Below, piece by piece: positions 1-12,400 of a DNA stretch of 64,000 nt. The notes beneath the pieces are model-generated. The model did no database searches. It saw only the letters and a list, made by a program, of their open reading frames with translations, and was not told the origin of the DNA. The translations under genes were made by a program, and so were the position numbers. The DNA comes from Macrostomum lignano. Its lineage: Eukaryota. The stretch covers positions 496,001-560,000 of the forward strand of contig NIVC01000386.1 in the NCBI GenBank assembly GCA_002269645.1, written 5' to 3'. How positions within the stretch are numbered: the stretch's first letter is position 1; every line of letters starts with the position of its first letter.

Positions 1-384
1 AGCATGCACAGTGAAAATACGCGGAGATGCACAAATGTATGGTCGTATTAAATAAAGCTTACTTTAACCACTTTACTCATCTATCATAACTAGGATTAAA
101 TAAATGCAAAAATTTAACCGGTTACAAACGAAACAAGTCTTGAAAAGAAAAGTGCAACAGGTTTCAAGTTTGGGAGACGCCAATGCAGCTGGACTGCAAG
201 TGGGACTTCAATGTGTCTCGTGCCAGATTCTGAAGCATGGATCTGGGTGGAGACCAGGATTTCCGGGACGTTGGTTGCAGCGAAATAGTGTCCTCTTAGC
301 TAGAACGTCAGGTTTCAAAGAGCACATTCGGCATCGTTTGCTTTGGCGAGCCTGGGCTTCCGTTGCTGGGAGGAGGGGGGGGGG

Positions 385-510
385 GAATCACGAATCCGAA
401 AAATCAAAAACCCGAAATATCATAACTCCGAAAGTTCTAGCAATGTCCAACACTATTTTGGTTTTCCGAGTTATGATATTTCGGGTTTGTGATATTTCAA
501 GTTTATGATG
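385..510. mobile_element. Small hairpin (MITE-like) element
   Basis: aaacccgaaatatcataactccgaaa (408-433) is the reverse complement of 463-488 with one mismatch; degenerate atcayraa...cgaaa subrepeats flank both arms. Confidence 0.5.
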
Positions 511-1199
511 GCGACCCGCTGGGAGTCTCATTGGCAAATGAATTTGGACGGTTGGCCTGCATCGGGGCTGGAGCCTGAATCGGTGATCGAGTGCGTCCCG
601 TTTGAGTCGCGGATCAGCGTCTTGAACTTGAACAAGGGCCGGCATACATGTAAATGCATGCATATGATTCAAAAATTAACAGTTCCAATTTCAAACTGGT
701 TTTCACACTGGCGACTTATCTTTGTTGGAAATTGGTGGAAAATTAGTAGTGGTTAGCAACACCTCGGTTACCTTGACAGCTTCATGAAATTATTTTTCAG
801 AAGCTGCATGCGCAAACCCTGATGTACACTTTTACCGATAGCTTTGTGAGAGCAAATGTTGGAATTTTTAGTTCAGCTGACCTCAGCGAGGACATTGTAC
901 GAGCTAATTAGTGCCTTGACGCTCGACGTCTCGTAGCTCTATTGAAATTGGATTTTATCTTCATTTCTAATCGTATAACAAAGCTTTAATACAATAAATG
1001 AATTGACTACTGCATATCACTTATGAGATAGAGATGTGTCTGCGAACACTTTTCACAAAATAGGATGCATTTTATGATCCAAAATCTAAATCAAGCTCTG
1101 CGGATACAGCTTGGCTACTTGATAGAATGCCAGCTAACAATATGGTATTGCAGTAAGATTTGTGGTGATTGGCAAGAATTTTCTTATACGAGCGTAAAA

Positions 1200-3109
1200 T
1201 TAGTCAATTTTCAGCTCGCCCACAGCCACTGGCTCGGTTGGCCCCTGCCGATCACAGCCTGCAGCCGGTAGTTCACTGGGCCGACTTTCTTGACAACGGT
1301 ATACGGACCGGACTATCGGTTTGACAGCGGCTTGCACTGTCCGAGCTTCATTGCCAGGTGCGTGAACATCACTTGGAAGCCCCGCCAGATTCTCGCCTGC
1401 AGATCCGCGCAGTCCTTGCGGCAGTTTGCGCTGGTCTCGCTCACCGAGCGCTAAATCGACCAGCAGTCTGGACAGCATGTTTCCAAGCGTCCTGTTGAAT
1501 CTCTCGACGTTTTCGTTTGCAACGGAGTTTGCATTACTCTACTTACAGTAGCATTTATGAATTTGGGATACCATACACTTGCTCCTCTGGCATGTAGGTG
1601 ATCTAAAACTGCACCGGCAGAGAGAGTTTCCGGCACGATGTTCTCCTTGCCAGGCCGATCCAGCGTAAGCTCTTGGATGAGCTGCAGCCAACGTGCTAGC
1701 CCTGTCGGCTCCTTCTCGTCGAGCAGTCCGATGATCGGTGAACACCTGGATATTGCTGCTGTTGCTCAGGTACATGTAAAACTGCTGAGGCTGCGGCTCG
1801 CGTCGAAGTCGAACCGGTCGAGTCGAACCGTCAGGCTGCACTTGGGCTAGGATAGCGCCCGCTTGAGTTGGACTGGCGTCGACGATCAGCCTGGATTGCA
1901 AGTCTTTGCTTAAGAATGCCAGCGCCTGGCTACTGACTATCGTGCGCTTGATGTCGATAAAAGCTGCTTCTTGATGGTCGCCCCACGTCCACTCTGCATC
2001 GTGCTTTGTTGGGTCTCGGAGTGGCCTGCGCTGTCGGACAGATTGCTAATGAAGCGAGCGACAAAGGTGGCGTGGTAACGAGGCCGAGGAAAGACCGGAC
2101 CTTGGTGGTGCTGGTCGGTATTTTAAAGCATCTAATGGCCACCACCTTCTACGTGCTGGGATGAATTCCAGCTGCTGTGAGATGAAGTCGATTTCTTACT
2201 GCTCGAACTTGCAAGGTGATGTTGTGGTCTCGTAGCCGCTACAAAGAGTCGCGCAGTCGCTTGTTGTGCTCTTCAATCCCAGCGCCGCACGCCGGTGAGT
2301 CCACTTAGAACTGTCGTTATCACGTGCTGTAGAATTTCGGAGACTGAAGTGTAGCCCATTAAGAGGCACCTCAGTCGCATAAAGCCTAGTGGCGTTGAGA
2401 AGGTCAGGAGCTCCCTCGAATCTTCGGCCACCTCGATTTAGTGGAAGGCCTTAGCGACATCCAACTCTAAGAAGCATGTTGATCCATCCATCTCGTCCGT
2501 AACCTCAAATGTGGGAATTGGTTGCTTCTCGGGAATCACGCATTTTCTACTGGTTTTTTAAAATCCTGGGCGATGGGGATCCGTCACTTGTCGTCCTTTG
2601 AAACAGCCACCATCCTTGAACACCATGAGGTAGGTCCTAGCACACGCTCGATGATTCCCTAAGCAAGCTGCTTTTCCAGCTCTTTTTTGATAGCGTCTCT
2701 TAGGTGCACTGGCATGCGCGACAGCGCTTGGCATGTTGGCATGGCTTCGGGGCGCAGCTTAATGGCGACGCGGACGCCTTTGACGCAACCGCTGCCGTAG
2801 AATCAATCCTCGAATTCAGTCAGGACTCTCTGCAGCTGGCGATTGTCGTTAGAGTGCTGGTAGTTTTTTGTCCGATAAGACTGGCTGTGAATACGTGAAT
2901 ACGGGTTTCTGGTTGGCTTCCGGACTCACTTGTAGCTCGTAGCATGTTCCTGGGGCAGCAGTTGCAAAGCCATGGCTCGCTCTTGCGACACCAATGTATT
3001 GACTAAAGTGAAAGGCCGGAGTTTTCTGGGACGAAAGGCGAGCCCTGCTACTCGATGATCTGATCGATCTTTATTGATTTGCAAAGAAGGTGTGCATCGT
3101 TAATGAACA
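1200..3109 (-). mobile_element. Decayed, internally deleted Ty3/gypsy LTR retrotransposon
   Basis: Minus-strand fragments in RT-RNaseH-INT order: GIIERVLGPTSWCSRMVAV (RT start, ~2.62-2.67 kb), KIPTSTTKVRSFLGL (~2.1 kb), LIVDASPTQAGAILAQVQPDGSTRPV (RNase H, ~1.85 kb), NVERFNRTLGNML (integrase, ~1.49 kb). LTR-like end ...AATACA then TGGTGTC (PBS-like) at 2993; AATAAA within 2995-3109. Many stops and frameshifts; no 3' LTR found. Confidence 0.8.
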
Positions 3110-3546
3110 TTGTCATAGTATTGTCATAGCATTGTCATACATTTAAATGTATGTAAAATATTCTAGTATTGGCATACTGGCAGTATTGGCATCTACAAGC
3201 ATACTTGTAGATGCATGCAGCTCCGAAAAGAACTAGTACTTAACCTTTAAAAAGCAGATATTTACCCAAACTGAAAACTTCACAAAAATGGCCACTAGAC
3301 TTTGAGTTTTGACTTTCCTGTTGTAGTCCACGTACTTTACTAACCTTTCGACAACCTTTTGCAATCAAAACAGTTTTCTGTCCAATGAGACAAATTCCAG
3401 CTTAAACAGCTGGCGTGTCATTGGTGATTGCAGCCCTTCAAAAAACAATATAAATTCGCATAGGGCGGCCTATGCGGGGTAGAGCCACCCAGCAAAGTCT
3501 AAAACAACTAATTCTGATAATACAACCTAAAACAGCATATATTACA

Positions 3547-4847
3547 ATGATAGTTGGTGTAATATCGCTATTGCTTTTGTGCTACCCAGCTATAGCATGC
3601 AAGCAATGCTCTGCCATGTATGAGCTTCTGACCAACACCTGTCCGATGAGTGCTCTGTCTGGCCTGGAGCCCGCGACCGCTGCCGTCGAGTTCGAGTGCA
3701 TGCGACACTGCACTCTGAATAGCTGGTGCCGACTGTCTGTGTACCTGACAGACAGTGGTGCCTGCTACGGCCTGCCCAACGTGACTTTAGTGACTGGCAG
3801 CTGCGGCCTGGTGCGAAGGAAACTGGCCATCGTTTCCGGTAAGCTTTTAGCATGGCAGTTGATGCGGTCAGATTTGTCTCGCACAGGGTAAACAAGTGTG
3901 AACTATCATCATTTCACAGACGCATCAACGTCTGCAACTGCCTCAACGATCGGATCAACTGGTTCCACGACCAGCCCGACCAGCGCAACTGGGACTCAAT
4001 CTCCGGTCACTGTAGCATCGACCACAATGGTGCAGAGTGTCTCCACAGCTGCCATTTCGTCCGGAGTGTCGAACCTGAGCTTCGCCTCAAGCGTACTGCT
4101 TTGGTACAATTTTCGAAAGGGCTTCATGAACCTGGCGAACCCGGGCCATTTCGATGTCTCACCTTTCGGTGTTGCAGATCAGGATGCACTCAAAGGAGTT
4201 CGCCTCAACGGCTCCTCCGGTTCCTATCTCGAGGTTCATTCGGCCAAGTTTTTCAAAAATTTTAAATCCGAGAAAAGCTACAGCTTCTTTTTTCAAGGGA
4301 CTTTTGCCAGCAACGCGTCGTGAGTTTTCAGAAAATTCAATATTAATGTATTAGAGATTTTTAACGCGTTATTAATCATTATTAACCACACAGCGGTTGC
4401 ATACATTGCAGGCTTCGATGCATCAGTTCGTTTAGCAGCTGCTCGCACAACACCACCGTCAGCCACTTCAGCACTGACATCGCAGCCAGGATTTACTCCA
4501 AGACCTACTTTTCAGACGGCTCCGAAGAATTCGCGTCGGTGGGCGCAGAAGCAGCTCTTCCGAACAACGGTTCTGAGCAAGTCCACTCTATTGGACTGGC
4601 CTTTATTGGTGAGGACAATGAGTACCTCGACGAGTGGTACTTGAATGGATTTTTTTACGATACCGAATCACCAGATACTGACGGTGATAGCCCCACCGCC
4701 AACTCGACCTTCGACTGCTTGCGCATCGGCAACTGCTTCAGCGCCGGCCCTCGGCCCTACAACGGCTGGCTGCAGTGCTGGGGATTCGTCAACAGCACTC
4801 TCAGTCTTCCCGAGTTTAACAGCCTTCGCCAATTGTGCAACTCTTAG
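3547..4847 (+). CDS. Secreted PAN/apple-like + Ser/Thr linker + LamG/concanavalin-like protein, copy A (exons 3547-3838, 3920-4319, 4412-4847)
   Basis: Signal peptide MIVGVISLLLLCYPAIA; PAN-like Cys pattern ECMRHCTLNSWCRLSVYLTDSGACY; T/S-rich linker; LamG-like LLWYNF...VRLNGSSGSYLEV...LRIG...YNGWLQCWGFVNSTLS. Two GT-AG introns give one continuous frame and are conserved in copy B. Confidence 0.8.
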
Positions 4848-5737
4848 ACTGCGCGGTCTGAATCCACGGCGCAGTCAAAATGGCCAGGACTTTGTCAGAA
4901 TTGCCAGAACCAACTAACCAATAATAACTAGGTAGAGGCTAGGTAAAAAAGGAACGAAAGTGCGGAGTAATGTGTGCTGTGTCTAGTTTTGATGCGGAAC
5001 GAATGAAAAAAATTCTAAGCTTATTAGAAGCAGTCCAAAAGTTTTTCCTTTACATGTAACTTTGCCGCTCTCAGTATCGATTTCTAAGACTGAAATAAGC
5101 AAAGTGAAAAAGGCCTGCAGCAGTTACTACCACACACAAAGGCTTTAATTGTTGTGCTTGTTTGATCTCTCCAATAAAGTAACTTTTCTCTAGTTGGGAA
5201 CAATTTTCATCATCAAGGATGCTGAGCTTCCTATCACGGGGCTATAATTTCTGTCCATCGGTTCTGAAAAAGCTTTCCCAAGTCAAAGTATCAGAAGTCC
5301 GTTAAACACACCAGAGACTCCAATCGGCTGTTGAATCCGACATGCACAAAACCGGAGCAGCCGAGAGAGCTGTTTTGCATACTAGATCAAAAAGCAATCT
5401 TGAACAAAGCTTCTTTTCAAAGCAAGCTGTTTTAGTAAATTTTTTTAGTTCTGGTCACACTGACTGATTTATTTACCAGAGACAAGGTCCGCTGATGAGT
5501 TACCCAATCCAAACTTTTTATAATTAACACCAGTCTTTTACGCTTCGCATTCTGTCGTTTTGTTATTTTTTAGTTTTTATGCGCAGCGCTATCGAAAAGT
5601 CACGCATGCCTGCTTTTTTATTCTTCGATTGGGCCAAAATTGCGTTGACAAAAGCGGAGCCCTGCATTGAACTGACAATGGTCGATAGCCTTTTCAGCAC
5701 GCACAAAGGTTGCGATTTCAGGGGCCGGTTTTAACCT

Positions 5738-6110
5738 GCTCTGTAATCGTGTTTAGCCGACGGGGCCGCCCCCTCCGCCCGTCTGTGCGTGCGGCCCGCG
5801 CGTGTGCATCCCTGCCGCAAGGTGGGGTGCTGGGTGCCGGCCGGCAGGCGGGGGTGTTGGGTTGGGGGTGGGCGGCGTCGGCCCCCTTTTATTTGTGCGC
5901 TCACGCTCTCTCGTGCGCGCTGCGAGAGCGCTTTGGCTCGTAAAATTTTTTTTATTAATTTTCTTGTAATGCTTGTATTCCGTTGCTTCGTGACTTCCCT
6001 TTTAATCGCCTCAAATCCTAAAATATATTCGCTATCGCAGGACTCGTTTCGTCCGCTGCCTTTGTCGCCACGCCTGTGCCTTCCCTCTTGCTGCTTTTGG
6101 CCCTGTTGGC
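5738..6110 (+). repeat. GC-rich dispersed repeat, inverted homolog of 8080-8410
   Basis: ctgtaatcgtgtttagccgac (~5741) matches the reverse complement of gtcagctaaacgcgattacag (~8389); the G-rich block and T-rich tail also align in inverted orientation. Absent from the paralogous block near 15.5 kb. Confidence 0.55.
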
Positions 6111-6560
6111 TAACGTTGATTTTTTAACCAAGCTGGTACGTGTTCCTCTTCTTCACAAACCTTTCATTCTGTTTGCTCTGTTTTAAATCTGCTTACTTTT
6201 TTTCTGAATATTCGCTACGATGCGTCCAAACAGATGTTTAATCCACTTATTTTTGTTTCTCTCAATGCGTAAGAAAATCTACTCAATTTTTATCTATCTA
6301 AATGTTGCTCGTAGTCAACGTCTATACTCGTATATTGCCTTTTTTTACTATCACACACCTAATATAGATATAAATTATGCTTCTCTTGCCTTCATATCGT
6401 CAGCACTAACCCTTTAAATCTTAACCTACTGTAGTAAACCTAGTTCTGTAGCCCAGTCAATTCTGTCGGCTTCTTGAAGTCAAATTTGTAAAAACTAGAT
6501 AGATACTATATTCTAAAAACTTCTGCCTTCAATTTTTTTATACGTGACTTCAAAGTGTAG

Positions 6561-6741
6561 AACAAGGTTGCTGCAACTCGGACTGCTACTCAATAGAGCC
6601 TACGAGCGAAATGTTACTTCACGAGTTTCCTATACGGATGGGGAACTACGCTTGTACTGACCAATCGGCTAAAGAATCTATCCCGTTGGGTTTTTACTTC
6701 AATCCGAGGCAAGATTACGGGTGCGCTCTCTGCACTACTTC
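6561..6741 (+). pseudogene. Degenerate THAP-domain-like relic, copy A
   Basis: DNA homologous to 16035-16198; retains LLHEFP and gtgcgctctctgcactac (VRSLH, cf. THAP VCSxHF); frameshifted. Confidence 0.3.
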
Positions 6742-8079
6742 CCAACGAGCATGAGATGGAGAGTGCGAGAGTGCGAGAGGGAGAGTGCGAGATGGATATA
6801 TCAGAACAGCAATGCCAAGGACAACTTAAGGTGAATATGAATAGAGCTATAAGAAAGGCACAACATATTAAAAGATGAACTCTGGGTCTGCATCCTGTAC
6901 AATAACAATTTTTGCGCTGAAAAATGAAAACTTTCTATCTCTGTAGTGTATTTTTCGGCGAAAAGTTGCCTCTAAAAAAGTGTTGCTTCCCTCTACTTAA
7001 GTTGTCCTTGAGCAATCCTCGCTGGAAAGTACGCAGTTTCAACCACAGATACTATGGTTTCAACACAGTTGCACACCGATTCCATGCCATTGCCTTCCTA
7101 ATTCACTAAAGCAACCACCGATTTTAAGATCATATAGGATAAGTTGAGGCACCGGAAAAATTGACTCGTGCAGTACGGCAGATTTATTGAGTTTTTATTT
7201 TATAGACGCTAATTTTGTCTAGAGTTCGAAGGGGGCATAGCCTAATGGTCTAGCGCAGCGCTCTGATGTGCCAGATTCCAAGTGCAGTTACATTAATTTG
7301 GGCTAAATTCGGGCTTGGGTCTACTCGTGCAATTGACGACCTTGAGGCAACAGCAATGCACGAGGAAGTGTACATGCCTAACGATAAATATAGTTTGGGC
7401 CGCTGTACACTCCTGTGCGTATGACTGCGTACCTATCCGCGCGCTTCTGTGCCTGCTTAAGTCGATTTGACCGAATGGGCAGTAATGCCTCTCGCCGGTT
7501 GTGTGACAATGTCGCCAAAAATGCGCCAGAGTGTAACACAGTCCCCTTCATCTAATAAAGGGGTCTGAATTTCTATGTGCTTCATACACAAGCGATGTTA
7601 TTTAGCGCTGCTGTGCGTACTTTCATTCGTCTGCTGCAATCCACTTGAATTGAAAATTTCGAATTCTCTCAACTGTGGTTGTTTTGGTAAATCAATCTTT
7701 AATCTACAATCTTATTACTGTCAGTAAGATGGCCGGTAATTGATTTTGCGGTTTTTCTATTCTGTGAGACTTTTATAAAGAAAATGAGAATACGGAGGTT
7801 TTTGACAGAGCATACAAATACAAATATCGTTACACTCGTATTGTGAATGCATATGTAAGAACAAGCCGAGACGAAAATAGGCTTAAGGCATAGACCGACT
7901 CTTGGCTGCCCAGGGCGCCAAGCACTCACTTATATATTATGATTGTACATAATAGCAAAAGTACGTACGGGCTAGTAAACTTGCGTACATGCAATCAACT
8001 AATCAAACCATCTTACACATATATTTATTATACCCAATACTGGCCACTCAATAACTAAGACTTTATTAGCCAACAGGAC

Positions 8080-8410
8080 AAAGGCGGAAGGCGCGGGGAT
8101 GGCGAGGACGACGAAGGGCAGGCGAAGCGAGCCCGCTAGCAATTACGAGTATATTTCGATAGTTTTGAAGTTTAAAAGAAACAAAATTGCTGAGTAAAAC
8201 AGGAGAACAAAAATCATAGGATAAAACAAAAAGCAAGGAAAAGCAGAAAAAAAAATTGCGAGGGCAAACGCGCTGATCAGACCATCGCGCACGCACATAA
8301 AAGGCCAACCGCCCCAGCACCCGGCGCACCCCCACCCCCACACGCTGGCACAAAGAACAGCCCGCGCAAGCACGCACAAAGGCACAAAGTCAGCTAAACG
8401 CGATTACAGC
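8080..8410 (-). repeat. GC-rich dispersed repeat, inverted homolog of 5738-6110
   Basis: See 5738-6110; diverged inverted copy. Confidence 0.55.
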
Positions 8411-9069
8411 GCCAGTAACCCAGCACTGATATCGCCAACTTATTCACTCATTCATTAGTCATTATTAGAATGCTATATCGAATGGGAAATTATTGACTTT
8501 AGATGCATTGTAAGAATCTCGACTGACTGAATTGCAATTCCAATTGAGATTGCGCCACAACTTTTTTTCTCCACTGTGTAGGCCTCAATACTGGCTGCAG
8601 TGTGCAAGGGACAGGAAAATGCTTAATGGCTGCGTGTGTACATTCTGACTGAATAGACAATTGCTATTTATACGCCCGTAGATTTCACTCAACTGTGCAT
8701 TGGCTCTGGCAGCACACAACCTGTGCACACTGAGCAGCCTATCCACTGCTATGTGTTTGAATGAAGTGCTGAAGCATATATGGCTGATTTTCTCGTCCTC
8801 CAATCAACAGGCGGAATAGCCGCAGCTGTAGTCACTAGGACTAGGTTTAGGCGAGGCGTAAGGTCCCAGTTGCAAAGGTGACAAGCTGCAAACTGCTGAG
8901 GTATTTCCTCCAGACTTATGAGCGTATAGCTGAAAACTGCTGAGGGGTAACAGCGGATTGCTTGGAGGATAATGGCAGAATTCTGAGGTGGATAACTTCA
9001 TGGGTTCAACCATAAAACTCATTTGGAATTGCCAAGATATCAAAAGGTTAGTCGCTAAATTTTTAAGCT

Positions 9070-9490
9070 CATGGGGGAATTGCTGAAATTATTGGGCTGA
9101 GACGCTGTGACTCGGCTGCGGGTTAAGGGTTATGGTTAGGGTTCAGTTATAGAAAAATCGTGTTAGCCATAAAGGATTCATGAGGGAATTGCTAAGATGC
9201 TGAGGCTTAAGGCTCATGGGGGAATTGCCAAGATTCTACGACTCACTTATGATGTTTGGGTTAGGGCTTAGGGTCAGTTTTGGGGTTAGGATTCAATATA
9301 ATAACGCTCTCTCAACCATAAATGACTTAGGGGGAATTGCTGAGACGTCAATTTTCATGGGGGCTTTCAAAGATGTGAAGGCTCGCGGGGGAAATTTCTG
9401 AGATTTCAATGGTGTTTGTGGGAAATTGCTAAGATTTCAATGCTCATGGGGGGAATTGCTGAGATATCTAGGCTCATAAGGGATTGCTGT
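9070..9490. repeat. Degenerate ~30-bp satellite (ggggaattgctgagat...aaggctc); recurs at 11240-11370
   Basis: Repeated gggaattgctgaga/aagat cores with interspersed ggttaggg-like runs. Confidence 0.6.
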
Positions 9491-9929
9491 GTTGTTGGGG
9501 GTGGGGGTTGGGTTGTTAGGCGATTGTTAGATAGTCAAGTAGTACGTCCCAAGTAAGTTATTTGATTCAGTTAATGAGATATTCATACGTATGTGATACT
9601 GATTTCTGCTGATAGCAAATACGAGCGTATTTATAAGAGATTTGATTTTTTTACTTTAGGCTAAGTTACTTTATTTAGGCTATTAAAGTCCGTAATGGAT
9701 TAGTGTATTGAGCTGTTCGGGCCAGAATATAACTAGGCTAATGACGATGCGCACAAAGAGTTTTTGCTTGACGGGATAGGCGTTATTTGCTGATTAAGAA
9801 AGTGTGACGTTGTCAGTTTAAAGTGGTCCCGCAAAAGGGCCGTTGGACTACAATTTCTCATTTAACATTCTCCAATCTTGTATGCGCATGTTTACTTGTA
9901 GTAGCGCCCAACGAATCTGTATCAATTGC

Positions 9930-12400
9930 TAATCATTGCGTACATTGTAATCTTTGCGTGCGTCTGTAGGGTCTTCGCGCGATCGATACTTTCTGTTTTT
10001 GCTTTTCCCCCGCCAGCCAATGGAAACTCCGCGCATACATGTATATTATGCTAACCCTCCTGGGCTCCTTTATTAACCCCGCCTGGCGGCCGCCACGGCC
10101 CGCTCCGTCTGGGCCAGACTTGTTTACGCCTTCTCTCTCTCTCCGCTTCACTCTACCACGGGCTAGCCGCTTTTGCTAGGCCCTACTACGCTACTTTCCT
10201 GTCTGCCAGTTTGCCACTAAAGGCTGCCACCACTGTCTACTCATCGCCATCGCTCTACCATTTGCGTCACCTTCATCAATCTGCTCATCATCCTACTTTA
10301 TCTATTAAATTCAAACCCATTGTTGCAGCCGCCAGCGCCCCCGCGTGCCATAGCCTCTGTACTAACTTATATTGACAATTACAATAAACAAGCTGCGGCC
10401 CTTATTTATCTTGCCGCTGAATTGCCAAGTGCTACCGCTACAAATCTACTCCGCCATTGTTGAGTTCACCATCCTTTTGGGAACCTACAACTAAGAACGT
10501 CACAAAAGGATTTAGGGCTGATGAAGGATTGCAGTAATAAAAAGTAATTTTATGTCTAATTGAAATCAAAGTTTTGGCTGGTTAGTTAAATTACTCTCGG
10601 GCACAAATGAAAGCCCCTTGGTGTCATTTTTGCGCCCCGAAAGGGGGGCTTAATGGCTAGTCATGGTTTGGCCAATTTTCTTCAAATTTTAATCGTTAGA
10701 TGGGAAATTTTTCGGAATGAATACGCATTGAGTTGAGATTTCTCAATGTTAAGGGGATTAAATATTCGAAAAACATGCTATTTCGCAAAGGTCAAGCAGA
10801 CTTTTCGACTTGAAATGCTTTGGACAAGCGTACGAATGCAAGAGAAAAAAACTGACTGACTGAATTCTGACTTTGACAAAGACTGCATCACACCGGGCTT
10901 TTTATTTATCGTCTGTGCGCTGGCTGTGAATTGCATCACAGTGTTGAAAATAGAGTGTGAAAGCATGACACCGGACTTCATTGAAATTGCGTAACCATAT
11001 TGTAAAATTTAATGGACACTGATACTGACTGACTGAGTAATTGATTATATCCTAACTGCTTCGAGTGACTTTTGCTCTAACCGACTTGGTGTGGGTGTTG
11101 AAATATAAGTCCTACAATTCATTTTATTAGACTGATGAGAGCTAGTCCGGATGTGAGCAGACTGAACTGCTAATGCAGCAACCTGAGTTTGAATCTTAGT
11201 TGTGTAAAAATTCTTTATAGAAAGATTGAGAAGTCAAGGCTTAGGGGGGGGGGGAGATTGCTGAGATATCAAGGCTGGGAGAAATTGCTGAAATGTCAAG
11301 AATGACGGGGAGAATTGCTGAGATGGCAAGGTTTACGGGGGGGGGGGTTGCTGAGATGCCAAGGCTTAGAGGTCAGAAGCTACATGTAGTTTATTCAAAA
11401 AATTATTTCATTCTTTGTTGACTCCTCAAATCTTTGTCCGTGACAATTTTACTCCGAATAACGTGATTCAAAAAACTGAAGAAGGAATGCTTTTAAGAAA
11501 ATATGCCTTCATCCTAAAAGATTTACATACGTAATTTTCGTCCCTTGCTTATTGGCCGCGCCGAAGGGGGGTGTGACGATTAGAGCAGACTCAGTCCCGG
11601 GAAAATTGTGTAGCGGTAGCACTCAGACTTAAACGCAGTCAATGTACTCGTAATTGTTAGGTTATGGCCGATGGCGGCAATTTATTACGGTCAGATTGAC
11701 CCGCTCGCTATAGGTTTCTGTCGGCAATATAAGAGTGGGACTGGGCCTGGATTGACCCGCTCGCTATAGGTTTCTGTCGGCAATATAAGAGTGGGACTGG
11801 GCCTGGATTGACCCGCTCGCTATAGGTTTCTGTCGGCAATATAAGAGTGGGACTGGGCCTGGATTGACCCGCTCGCTATAGGTTTCTGTCGGCAATATAA
11901 GAGTGGGACTGGGCCTGGTTTGGTGCTGAATCCGAGCTATGGTACTCTGGGCACTGCGGCAGGCAACAAAAATGGCGATGGATAGCTAAAGGGCTACGTC
12001 GATGAAGTGGCGACGGTGAAGGCGTGGCGTGATTCCCACTCGGGACAGTGGCGTGGCTCAAGTTTGGCAGAGTGGACTTGCCCGAGCAAACTTAGCAGTG
12101 GTAGAGAGAGAGAGAGCGCGCGGGCCGGAAAACAAGAAGGAAAAGAAACTAACCCCGGGCGCCCCAGCCAGACAGGACTGATAACGAGCGGGCTGGGGGT
12201 GGGTGCACGACAAAAGCTTAAGTTCAGGCTAGCATAATATGTGCACGGCTTTCCTATTGGCCGGCGCGAAAAGCAACTTAAAAACAGAAATTATCGATCG
12301 CATTGTACATAGGTTTTACGAATGTCACGCAATGTTGTTAAAATTCCTTGGGCATTACTATAAGCAGACGTTAGAGTACGAGACCATCAAATTAACAATA
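9930..12400. mobile_element. Candidate old foldback element bounded by ~450-bp diverged inverted repeats (9930-10400 / 11930-12400)
   Basis: gcgatcgatactttctgtttttgc...gccaatggaaa...tattatgctaacc (~9980-10055) aligns with the reverse complement of ~12230-12305; (ct)n vs (ag)n tracts also mirror. No TSD seen. Confidence 0.45.
11694..11917. repeat. 56-bp tandem repeat, 4 perfect copies
   Basis: gattgacccgctcgctataggtttctgtcggcaatataagagtgggactgggcctg starts at 11694, 11750, 11806, 11862. Confidence 0.97.

Noticed and set aside
7231-7290. tRNA-like start ggggcatagcctaatggtctagcgc (A-box)
   Set aside because: No B-box or cloverleaf follows; at most a SINE head fragment, not a tRNA gene.
10755-10812. 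~60-bp match to 26566-26628
   Set aside because: Short dispersed-repeat fragment with no ends or function visible.
10850-11010. KSGVMLSHSIFNTVM on the minus strand resembles RTE-type RT motif KSGVRQGCxLSPxLFN
   Set aside because: Too short and degenerate to support without a profile search.
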